Shown here: piece after piece, positions 28,386 to 36,550 of the stretch
Layout of the letters: each line of letters begins with the position of its first letter
Position numbering within the stretch: position 1 is the stretch's first letter
Assembly (NCBI GenBank): GCA_029213025.1
Contig: JARGOZ010000002.1
Span: 8,338 to 72,337 of the forward strand
Length of the DNA stretch: 64,000 bases
Origin: Verrucomicrobiales bacterium
GTDB taxonomy: Bacteria > Verrucomicrobiota > Verrucomicrobiia > Verrucomicrobiales > DEV007
Direction of reading: 5' to 3'
Translations under genes and position numbers: made by a program
Notes under the pieces: model-generated
Databases searched by the model: none
Told to the model about the DNA's origin: nothing
What the model saw: only the letters and a program-made list of their open reading frames with translations

Positions 28386-29074
28386 TGAAACTGGAACAAT
28401 TGAAACTGGAACAATTTATCGCAAAGAAGATGACCGTCAGCATTCGTTCGGCGAGGCTGGAAATTATTGCGGGGAGAGTGTCGGTTGCCGGTTCGGTATC
28501 AAAGAATTTTTCATCGGAGATTGATCCGTTCAACGAAATTGCGATAGGGGGTCGAATTCTGCAGAAAGGCAGACGAAGAATCCGTATCATGCTGAATAAG
28601 CCGGTAGGTTTCGTGAGCGCCACAACGGATTTGCATCACCCGACGGTGCTGGATTTAATAGATCATCCAGCCCGGGAGTCCCTCCATCTGGCAGGTCGGT
28701 TGGATCGATCTTCTACCGGTCTTGTGCTTGTAACAAATGACAGTTTGTGGTCGGAAAACCTGAGCCGTCCGGAGGAAAAGGTGGAGAAAGTATATATCGT
28801 GGAAACTGCTGAACCGATTCCCCAGGAGGCTATCGATAGATTTCAGCAGGGGTTCTATTTTGCCTGTGAAGATATCGTAACCCGGCCCGCTCTTTTGGAG
28901 CTGCTCGGTCCGTGCCGCGCCCGGGTCACTTTGACGGAGGGTAAATACCACCAGATAAAGAGGATGTTTCACCGGATCAACAAAATCCGACTGGTATCTC
29001 TCCACCGGGTAAGGATTGGGGAGTTCGTCCTGCCGGAAGATTTGTCGCCAGGAGAGTGGCGCGAGATTTATTGA
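28385..29074 (+). CDS. rRNA pseudouridine synthase, RsuA/RluB/RluF family (S4 domain + catalytic domain)
   Basis: LEQFIAKK... S4-like N-terminus, the catalytic-Asp motif GRLDRSSTGLVLVTND, and KYHQIKRMF. The start is either TTG 28385 or TTG 28400, because a 15-bp tandem duplication copies the start region. Confidence 0.85.
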   Translation: MKLEQLKLEQFIAKKMTVSIRSARLEIIAGRVSVAGSVSKNFSSEIDPFNEIAIGGRILQKGRRRIRIMLNKPVGFVSATTDLHHPTVLDLIDHPARESLHLAGRLDRSSTGLVLVTNDSLWSENLSRPEEKVEKVYIVETAEPIPQEAIDRFQQGFYFACEDIVTRPALLELLGPCRARVTLTEGKYHQIKRMFHRINKIRLVSLHRVRIGEFVLPEDLSPGEWREIY

Positions 29075-29469
29075 AGAGCTTCTGCAATGGAATTGACCTT
29101 ATCCGGTGTGATTCCTTTGGTCAGATCGCAGAAGTATAGCGGGCGCAGACCTGCTGGTAAATCGCAGGGTTGCAGGAGCAGCGGGATCAGTTTTCTATCG
29201 CCGTTGTTGGGATCGCGAAATGCAGCGGAGTGCCTTTCCATTGAACACCATTCGGAGCTGAGGTAGCTGGGTGAAATCAACACAATGAGATGCCTGGCGT
29301 TGTCGACTCCCCGTTCGATTTTGATAGAGATATGTTCGCCGAGACCAATTCGGTTCGGTGCAAACCATATCGATTTCTTCCGAATTTCGAGACCGTAGAC
29401 CAACTCGTGAGCGGCGTCTTCGTCATCGGTTGAGTAGCTGAGAAAAGCGTGATCCAGAAATGTAGCCAT
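29068..29469 (-). CDS. stand-alone TIR domain protein
   Basis: 133 aa with AFLSYSTDDED (TIR beta-A motif), IWFAP and HLIVLISPSYLSSEWCSMERH (SxxWCxxE with candidate catalytic Glu78). The 3' end overlaps the convergent pseudouridine synthase gene by 7 bp. Confidence 0.8.
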   Translation of the reverse strand: MATFLDHAFLSYSTDDEDAAHELVYGLEIRKKSIWFAPNRIGLGEHISIKIERGVDNARHLIVLISPSYLSSEWCSMERHSAAFRDPNNGDRKLIPLLLQPCDLPAGLRPLYFCDLTKGITPDKVNSIAEALQ

Positions 29470-29478
29470 GGCGGCGGG

Positions 29479-30255
29479 TTAACTAATCAGAGGTTCACCG
29501 TCGAGGTCGGGGCAAAGCGCAAGAAGGGACTCGACGGATTTCTTTCCTTCAGCGGCCATGGTATAGGTTTTTCTGGGAACTGTAGCCACGCAGTCGATCA
29601 AGCCTTTGTTGACCATCGCTCCCAGAGTAGCATCAACATTTTTTAACTGAATACTCCGGCGTTCCAGCTCAGCCCGGAAATGCCCGGCCTGATATCCGAC
29701 TTCGGACGTTTCCAGTTCAAACCAGCGGAACAGTAAAAGAACCGTTTGGGGATCGGTTAGCGGCCCGGAGTTATTCAAAAAGTGATCGACGACATCGCGT
29801 TCGGAGACTGTCGCAACCGGCAGGCTGACGGTGTCCCGGGTCTCTGCAATCTCAGCAACAGCGGGATTTGATACTTCCGGAGTGGCGACATCCTGGAAAT
29901 CGTCAGCTGCCTTTTCGATTTCGACAGCGAAACCGGTATCGACCCACCAGCAGGAAGCCTCATGAAAGTCATCGATCGAGGCGTGCTCTCTCAACACCGA
30001 CCAGATTTGGTACACCGGGCTGTTGGAAGGCGGCATATAGCCAGGAGGCGCCGGAGCCGCCGGTCTAAGATTTCTTACCTTAAGGTGCGCCCAGACTTTT
30101 GTCATCAACCAGGCCCGGTCCTCCTGCCCCAGATCGGAGAAAGGGCGATCAAAATCGTTGCTGTAGTTAAAAGCGCTCAAACTAAGAAAAATTAGTTTAA
30201 TTGCCAGAATTTCCAAGCAAAAACCGTATTTTATGAAAGCTATTATCAAAAACAA
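29479..30255 (-). CDS. hypothetical protein, partner of the TIR gene; C-terminal winged-helix-like region
   Basis: Its stop lies 9 bp upstream of the TIR start. I recognise no enzymatic motif. The C-terminal ~90 aa (TDPQTVLLLFRWF...NVDATLGAMVNKGLIDCVATVPRKTYTMAAEGKKSVESLL) looks like a wHTH. The start is uncertain: ATG 30255 gives a hydrophobic N-terminus encoded in AT-rich DNA; alternatives are TTG 30180 and ATG 30105. Confidence 0.55.
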   Translation of the reverse strand: MFLIIAFIKYGFCLEILAIKLIFLSLSAFNYSNDFDRPFSDLGQEDRAWLMTKVWAHLKVRNLRPAAPAPPGYMPPSNSPVYQIWSVLREHASIDDFHEASCWWVDTGFAVEIEKAADDFQDVATPEVSNPAVAEIAETRDTVSLPVATVSERDVVDHFLNNSGPLTDPQTVLLLFRWFELETSEVGYQAGHFRAELERRSIQLKNVDATLGAMVNKGLIDCVATVPRKTYTMAAEGKKSVESLLALCPDLDGEPLIS

Positions 30256-30481
30256 TATTAAATATTAAGAAAAATTTACTTTTATTAATATGGCGGGTTG
30301 AGTAAGTGTGGAAATGCTAATTATTATTAGATGCCAAGCGGTGATGGTCTATTTTTTCTTAGCTTTGTGTGTTGCCGGTTGTTTCCCGCCTGGTCAAATT
30401 TCGTGAAACAGTCTGAAAAAAACGTTGCTCAGACGGGATCTTACGACTTTTTAGGACTTCAAATTTCAACTACTCAAGATC

Positions 30482-31714
30482 ATGCCGCGAATCAACGACA
30501 ACTTTCTCAAACTCAAGGCCGGTTATCTCTTCCCGGAGATCGCCCGTCGCGTCAACGCTTTTACGGAAGCCAATCCTGAGGCCGCCGGGAAATTGATTCG
30601 ATGCGGAATCGGTGATGTTACCGAACCGCTGCCGGAATCGGTCCGAAAAGCGATGCATGAGGCTGTCGATGAGCAGGGCAACCGCGAAACGTTCCGGGGC
30701 TATGGTCCCGAACAGGGATACGGATTTCTGAGAGAGGCGATCGCCGAAAACCAGTTTCAATCCGTCGGAATCTCCGCCGACGAGATCTTTATTTCGGATG
30801 GCTCGAAGTGTGACACAGGAAATATTCTCGAAATCTTCGGACCCGGGAACAAGATTGCGATCACTGATCCAGTTTATCCGGTTTATGTCGATACCAACGT
30901 AATGGCCGGCAACACCGGCGAAGCAGATGAGAACGGTGCCTTTGCCGGCCTGGTTTATCTGCCTTGCACGGCGGAAAACAATTTCGTTCCTGCTATCCCG
31001 GATGAAAAAGTGGATCTGATCTACCTTTGTTACCCGAACAATCCGACCGGTGCCACGGCGACTCGTGAACAGCTCGTAGCGTGGGTGGCATACGCCAGAG
31101 AGAACAACGCGGTCATCTTTTATGATGCCGCCTACGAGGCTTTCATTCAGGAGGACGATGTGCCGAGATCGATTTTCGAGATCGAAGGAGCCAAAGAGTG
31201 TGCCATCGAATTTCGTTCATTTTCCAAAAACGGGGGATTCACCGGAGTTCGCTGTGCCTACACAGTGATTCCGAAAGCTCTGAAAGGAACGGCGGAGGAC
31301 GGAACGGAAGTTTCTCTGCATCAGCTTTGGTCGCGTCGTCACAGTACCAAATTCAACGGCGCCAGCTATCCGGTCCAGCGCGGCGCGGCAGCGGTCTTTT
31401 CCGATCAGGGCAAAAAAGAAGTCGCGGCTTTGATCGAGCACTACATGGGCAATGCGAAATTACTCCGCGAAGTTTGTCAGAAAATCGGTCTTTCGGTTTT
31501 CGGCGGCGTAAATGCTCCCTACGTTTGGGTGAACTGCCCGGAGGGTGTTGATTCCTGGGGAATGTTCGACCGGATGTTGGAAGAGGCCAATGTTGTGATT
31601 ACACCCGGAGCCGGATTTGGTGCGGCTGGTGAAGGATATTTCCGTATCTCCGCTTTCAACAGCCGGGCAAATGTCGAAGAAGTTTGTCGCCGGATTGAAG
31701 AAAATCTCGGGTAG
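30482..31714 (+). CDS. dapL: LL-diaminopimelate aminotransferase
   Basis: 410 aa. N-terminus [27 protein letters not shown] is highly characteristic of DapL. The fold-type I aminotransferase Lys region is [13 protein letters not shown]. Confidence 0.92.
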   Translation: MPRINDNFLKLKAGYLFPEIARRVNAFTEANPEAAGKLIRCGIGDVTEPLPESVRKAMHEAVDEQGNRETFRGYGPEQGYGFLREAIAENQFQSVGISADEIFISDGSKCDTGNILEIFGPGNKIAITDPVYPVYVDTNVMAGNTGEADENGAFAGLVYLPCTAENNFVPAIPDEKVDLIYLCYPNNPTGATATREQLVAWVAYARENNAVIFYDAAYEAFIQEDDVPRSIFEIEGAKECAIEFRSFSKNGGFTGVRCAYTVIPKALKGTAEDGTEVSLHQLWSRRHSTKFNGASYPVQRGAAAVFSDQGKKEVAALIEHYMGNAKLLREVCQKIGLSVFGGVNAPYVWVNCPEGVDSWGMFDRMLEEANVVITPGAGFGAAGEGYFRISAFNSRANVEEVCRRIEENLG

Positions 31715-31725
31715 AGTCTTTTTTA

Positions 31726-32265
31726 ATGAAGAAGTCTGATTCGGCGAAAGATGATCGTCGGGAATTTTTAGAAAAAGCCGGTTCGATTTGTGCCGGTTGT
31801 GCAATGCTCGGTGTTCCGGCCGCGGCAGGTATTGCAGTGGTTCTCGATCCGTTGCGTCTGCCTCCCAAGGATGCGGAATTCATCGATGTGACAACTCTCG
31901 ATTCTCTGCCGCCCGACGGGACTCCGCAGAAATATGTGATCAAAGCAGACAAACAGGATGCCTGGTCGCGTTTTCCGGATCGCGTGATCGGTGCGGTTTA
32001 TCTTCGCCGGCTCAAAAACGATACCATTCAGGCCTTTAACGTGGTGTGCCCCCACCTGGGATGCGCCATTGAATACCGGGATGTCGAAAAAGACTATTTT
32101 TGTCCCTGTCACAACAGCGATTTTGCGCTGGAAGACGGGGCTCAGGGCAGGGGCAGTCCCAGTGCCCGACCGCTGGACAGTTTGGAGACCAAAGTGGAGG
32201 AAGGCCAGGTCTGGGTGAAGTTTCAAAACTTCCAAACAGGAATCGCAGAGAAAAAGCCGGCGTAA
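31726..32265 (+). CDS. Rieske 2Fe-2S subunit of a cytochrome bc-type complex (Tat signal)
   Basis: RREFLEKAGSICAGCAMLG Tat-like leader, plus CPHLGC and CPCHNS cluster-binding boxes. Confidence 0.9.
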   Translation: MKKSDSAKDDRREFLEKAGSICAGCAMLGVPAAAGIAVVLDPLRLPPKDAEFIDVTTLDSLPPDGTPQKYVIKADKQDAWSRFPDRVIGAVYLRRLKNDTIQAFNVVCPHLGCAIEYRDVEKDYFCPCHNSDFALEDGAQGRGSPSARPLDSLETKVEEGQVWVKFQNFQTGIAEKKPA

Positions 32266-34139
32266 TGTTTACTGTAAAAAGCCTGCTCAAAGACTGGGTT
32301 TCCAGTCGGTCGATGAAGAGTACCTTCGACTGGTTGGATGACCGGACCGGATACCGGGGATTGCTGAAGGAAGTGTTATTTGAATCCGTTCCCGGCGGTG
32401 CCCGTTGGCGGTATGTGTGGGGCTCGACTTTGACCTTCGGGTTGATGGTGCAGATCATCACCGGACTTGTGCTGTGGGCGGCGTATTCTCCCAGTTCGCA
32501 AACCGCCTGGGAAAGCGTCTTTTATATCCAGCATGAAATGACGGGAGGATGGCTCCTGCGGGGGATTCATCACTACACCGCTCAGGTCATGACCATTCTG
32601 CTGGTATTGCACATGGGGCAGGTCCTGATCGATGGCGCCTACAAAGCCCCGCGGGAGGTGAACTTCTGGACCGGTCTGATCCTGCTGCTTTTAATCCTTT
32701 CGATTTCGTTAACCGGTTATCTTCTCCCCTGGGACCAGAAAGGTTACTGGGCTACCAAAGTGGCGACAAATCTGGCCGGAGTAGTGCCGGTATTCGGTGA
32801 GCATATTCAGCGGGTGATTGTAGGTGGTCCGGATTACGGTCACCATACTCTGACCCGGTTCTTTGCCCTTCATGCCGGTGTGCTTCCGGTCCTGGTTATG
32901 ATGGTGATTGTCGGGCATATCTACCTGTTTCGGAAACACGGAATTACCCCGGCTCATCCGGGAAAAAAGAAACGCCGGGACGGCTGGTTCTGGCCCGATC
33001 AGATTTTCCGGGATGCTGTCGCCTGCCTTGCGGTGATGATGGTCGTGTTGATTCTCACACTCCGGCATCATGGGGCTGAGTTGACGGCTCCTTCAAATCC
33101 GGCTGAGCGTTTCCCTGCCAGGCCGGACTGGTATTTCATGTTTCTGTTTGAGTTTCTGAAATATTTCCCCGGAAAGAGTTTGATCATCGGAGGGTTAATT
33201 CTCCCGGCTCTCGCTGTGGTCGGATTTTTTGCGATGCCGATTGTGGCTTCAAAGTGGCCGTGGGGGCACAAAGCGAATTTGATTTATTCAGGCGGCTTTC
33301 TTTTCATCTTCGCCACACTCACGGCGATGGCATTCAATCATGATGCGAAAGATAAGGAGTATCAGTTCGCGAAGAAAATTGCGCAACGGGATGCCGCCCG
33401 GGTGATGGAACTCGCTCAGTCTCCGGAGGGGATTCCGCCGATTGGAGCCGTGGAGCTGCTGCAGAATGATCCCTACACTCAGGGGCCCCGGATTTTCGCT
33501 TCGAAATGCGCCAGTTGTCATACGTACATGGGGCACGACGGAATGGGGAAACCTCAGAATGAACCCTCCGCTCCGGATCTGTACCGGTTTGGTTCCCGGC
33601 AATGGCTGGCGGGATTTGTGGATCCCGATCAGATTGAAACGATTAAATACTTTCACGGAACGGCCTTTGTCGAGCCCGATGAAAACGGCAAAAAGTCGCG
33701 AATGGTGAGATTTGTGAAAGATCTGGAGAATTTGTCGGAAGAAGGGAAGGCGCAGCTTTCGAAGATTGTCGCTGCTGTTTCGGCTCAGGCTGATTTGAGT
33801 TACCAGGAGGAAATGGACGCGAAGGATGCGGCATTGATTCAGGAGGGTACCGATCTGTTCTTTGAAGGAATCGAAGGGGTGGATGCGACATGTGCGGACT
33901 GCCACGGATTCGATGGCGAGGAAAGTGAAGCCTCATTTACGCCAGATTTGAACGGTTGGGCCTCCCGCCAATGGACGATTGATTTCACGAAGAACCCTTC
34001 CCACCCGAAATTTTACGGAAAAAACAATGACCGGATGCCGGTATTCGAAGAGGAAAAGATTTTCACTGATAAACAAATCGAGATGGTAGTCGATTGGCTG
34101 CGTGAAGATTGGGTGAGGTTTGCGTCGGGCGACAATTGA
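32265..34139 (+). CDS. cytochrome b (b6 + subunit IV-like) fused to a C-terminal diheme c-type cytochrome
   Basis: His pairs in GIHHYTAQVMTILLVLH and FFALHAGVLPVLVMMVIVGH, a PDWYFMFLFEFLK (PEWY-like) motif, then CASCH and CADCH. ATG 32265 overlaps the Rieske stop (TAATG); the ORF-track start at 32100 is an overlap artefact. Confidence 0.88.
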   Translation: MFTVKSLLKDWVSSRSMKSTFDWLDDRTGYRGLLKEVLFESVPGGARWRYVWGSTLTFGLMVQIITGLVLWAAYSPSSQTAWESVFYIQHEMTGGWLLRGIHHYTAQVMTILLVLHMGQVLIDGAYKAPREVNFWTGLILLLLILSISLTGYLLPWDQKGYWATKVATNLAGVVPVFGEHIQRVIVGGPDYGHHTLTRFFALHAGVLPVLVMMVIVGHIYLFRKHGITPAHPGKKKRRDGWFWPDQIFRDAVACLAVMMVVLILTLRHHGAELTAPSNPAERFPARPDWYFMFLFEFLKYFPGKSLIIGGLILPALAVVGFFAMPIVASKWPWGHKANLIYSGGFLFIFATLTAMAFNHDAKDKEYQFAKKIAQRDAARVMELAQSPEGIPPIGAVELLQNDPYTQGPRIFASKCASCHTYMGHDGMGKPQNEPSAPDLYRFGSRQWLAGFVDPDQIETIKYFHGTAFVEPDENGKKSRMVRFVKDLENLSEEGKAQLSKIVAAVSAQADLSYQEEMDAKDAALIQEGTDLFFEGIEGVDATCADCHGFDGEESEASFTPDLNGWASRQWTIDFTKNPSHPKFYGKNNDRMPVFEEEKIFTDKQIEMVVDWLREDWVRFASGDN

Positions 34140-34239
34140 TCAAATAAACTAACTGACTGGTTCTTAGAAGAAAATTTGCACTAACCATGTAATAAAATGG
34201 TTCACATTTCGCATTTTTATATGCATAATGTGAGTTGAG

Positions 34240-35166
34240 ATGAGTCAAACCGTCCGCGTTAACACATCCAGATATTTTATGTTCAAGTTCTTTTTGAATG
34301 GCCCCATTGCTGCACTCGCATTGGTATTTTTGGTCGACAATGTTCAGGCCGATCAACGCTATGAAGTGAAACGGGGGGACAATCTATATCGGATCGGCCT
34401 TAAATTCGGGATTTCCTGGGAGGAAATCATGTCGGCAAACCGGATGAAAAATTCGGTAATTTATCCCAATCAGGTTCTGGTGATTCCCAATCGTAAGGTG
34501 GCACAAAGGAGTCGGGTGCAGGCTCCACAAGCGCCGGTGGCAAGGACCTATGCCGGTTCAGCGCCCCGACACACTTCGGGGAGCTATCGGGACTCAACTG
34601 TTCCGCGGGATCCGGTGAAACCTTTTGTCAGCGCGAAACCTCTGCCGTCAGCATCTCCTCTTCCCAATGAAGAGGATCCACTGGGGCTTGGTTACAATCC
34701 TAACTCCCGATCAAGACCTGCTCCGGTCCGGGCCATTCCGGTCGAGGAGCCAACAGCTATAGCGAGGCGGGTGCCTTCAACTTCCCCGTATCGCGGTACC
34801 GCAACGCCGGTCACTCCGCAAGAGCCTCAAATTGCGAGGGCACCGGTTCTCAGATCATTTCCCCGATCGAGGGAAGTTCCGGCGGCGGCTCACTATCCGG
34901 GGCGTTCCAGTGGTCCGGCATTGGATCCCATCCATTTCCCGACTCCATCATTTGAAAACCCCTGCAAACCTTCGAAGAGATCAACTTCTTCAGGTTCGTC
35001 TATGAAATCCTATACCGTTCAGTCCGGGGATTCGGTTTGGTCGATCAGTCGTAAGTTTGGAGTGGCGCCACTTAAACTGAGGACCACAAACAATATCCTC
35101 TTCTCTCGAATTCGACCGGGGATGAGTCTCAAGATTCCGCAAAGCAGCGGGATCTGGCCGCTTTAA
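34240..35166 (+). CDS. LysM-domain protein (two LysM domains joined by a Pro-rich linker)
   Basis: YEVKRGDNLYRIGLKFGISWEEIMSANRM...NQVLVIP and YTVQSGDSVWSISRKFGVAPLKLRTTNNI...GMSLKIP. Confidence 0.8.
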   Translation: MSQTVRVNTSRYFMFKFFLNGPIAALALVFLVDNVQADQRYEVKRGDNLYRIGLKFGISWEEIMSANRMKNSVIYPNQVLVIPNRKVAQRSRVQAPQAPVARTYAGSAPRHTSGSYRDSTVPRDPVKPFVSAKPLPSASPLPNEEDPLGLGYNPNSRSRPAPVRAIPVEEPTAIARRVPSTSPYRGTATPVTPQEPQIARAPVLRSFPRSREVPAAAHYPGRSSGPALDPIHFPTPSFENPCKPSKRSTSSGSSMKSYTVQSGDSVWSISRKFGVAPLKLRTTNNILFSRIRPGMSLKIPQSSGIWPL

Positions 35167-35227
35167 CACGTTCTAAAAAAACGGGTCTTGAATTCGTCCT
35201 TCTCCCGGAGGACAATTACTTCAGTAT

Positions 35228-36544
35228 ATGATCAGATTACTATCAAGACCCTGGATCGGTGTATTTGCCCTTCTGGTTTTTACTCATCAATCATCTCACG
35301 CTCAGCTCGCCGATGCCGGCGAAGACGGATATGAAGAAATGAAACTGTTTACCCGGGTTCTCGAAACCATCAGGGAACAGTATGTCGATCCGGAGAAAGC
35401 GTCCTACGAAAAGCTGATCAACAGTGCGCTGCAGGGAATGTTGGCTGATCTTGATCCGCATTGCCAGTTCATGCAGCCAACCGTTTTTGATCAACTGAAA
35501 CAGAATACCGACAGCACCTATCAGGGGATCGGGATCACGGTTTCATCGAAAAATGAAAGACTGACTGTCATCACTGTCAGGGAAGACGGACCGGCTGCCC
35601 GGGCGGGTTTGCTGCCGGGAGATCATATTTTGAAGGTGAATGATACTCTCACCGAAGACGTAGGACTCAGCGAAGCGATCAATATGTTGCGCGGCAAACC
35701 CGGTGAACAACTGAAACTGACCGTTCGCAGACCGGCCACAGGAGAGTTGATTGAAATGGAAATGGTCCGCGAAGTCATCATCCAGTCTTCGGTGAAAGAC
35801 ATTATGATGCTCGACGAAGGCTATACCGGGCCGCATAAGATCGGATACGCCCGGATTCTGCAATTTTCCGCTCCCACCGCGAAGGAACTTGCCGACGGCC
35901 TGGATAAACTGGAGCAGGAAGGCATGGAGGCCTTTATTCTCGACCTGCGAAACAACCCTGGAGGCTTACTGCGAAGCGCGATTGATGTCTGCGGGGAGTT
36001 TGTGCCGGCAGGGACCGTAGTGTTAACCACCGAAGGTAAGCCGGGCTCCCCGTCACCTCCGAAAATTTACCGAACCAGTGCGAGGAACAAGCGTCGCGAT
36101 CGGGATTATCCCGTGGTGGCTCTGTTGAATCACTCTTCGGCCAGTGCTTCCGAAGTGGTGGCCGGCGCTCTTCAGGATCTCAAACGATGTATTGTTGTGG
36201 GAACTACTTCTTTCGGAAAAGGTTCGGTGCAGACGATCCTGCCTATCGAAGGTTCGGACGGCAAAGCGATTCGATTGACCACAGCAAAATACTATACGCC
36301 GAACCATATCACCATTCACGAAAACGGCGTGGAACCCAATATTCGGGTAACATTGAATCCGGCGGAGGAAAAAGCTCTGATGACCTGGTTTCGCCGGGAT
36401 GAATTGAGTCCCGATACGAGAAAGCGGGCGGAAAAATTTATCGATCCCCAGGTGGAGCGTGCGTCCGATGCTCTTAAAGGAGTGCTGGTCTATTCTTCGA
36501 GAAATAAACCGGCGGTGGCAGAAACAACCGCTGACGAAGAGTAG
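35228..36544 (+). CDS. carboxy-terminal processing protease (peptidase S41A)
   Basis: Signal peptide, PDZ (GLLPGDHILKVND), LDLRNNPGGLL and SASASEVVAGALQD (catalytic Ser region), and FGKGSVQT. Confidence 0.92.
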   Translation: MIRLLSRPWIGVFALLVFTHQSSHAQLADAGEDGYEEMKLFTRVLETIREQYVDPEKASYEKLINSALQGMLADLDPHCQFMQPTVFDQLKQNTDSTYQGIGITVSSKNERLTVITVREDGPAARAGLLPGDHILKVNDTLTEDVGLSEAINMLRGKPGEQLKLTVRRPATGELIEMEMVREVIIQSSVKDIMMLDEGYTGPHKIGYARILQFSAPTAKELADGLDKLEQEGMEAFILDLRNNPGGLLRSAIDVCGEFVPAGTVVLTTEGKPGSPSPPKIYRTSARNKRRDRDYPVVALLNHSSASASEVVAGALQDLKRCIVVGTTSFGKGSVQTILPIEGSDGKAIRLTTAKYYTPNHITIHENGVEPNIRVTLNPAEEKALMTWFRRDELSPDTRKRAEKFIDPQVERASDALKGVLVYSSRNKPAVAETTADEE

Positions 36545-36550
36545 TTTGTT

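Noticed and set aside
29068-30255. Classifying the TIR cassette as Thoeris (ThsB + ThsA).
   Set aside because: The partner shows no SIR2, SLOG, Macro or TM-effector motifs that I can recognise, and no such gene is nearby. Calling it Thoeris would be unsupported.
29068-30480. Looked for integrase, transposase, tRNA attachment site or direct repeats flanking the TIR cassette as evidence of a mobile island.
   Set aside because: None was seen. Only the AT-rich flank and the gene overlap hint at insertion, so no mobile_element feature is reported.
32100-32264. N-terminal 55-aa extension of the cytochrome b ORF overlapping the Rieske gene.
   Set aside because: The extension is G/R/Q-rich and overlaps the Rieske coding frame. 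ATG 32265 overlaps the Rieske stop (TAATG) and begins a normal cytochrome b N-terminus.
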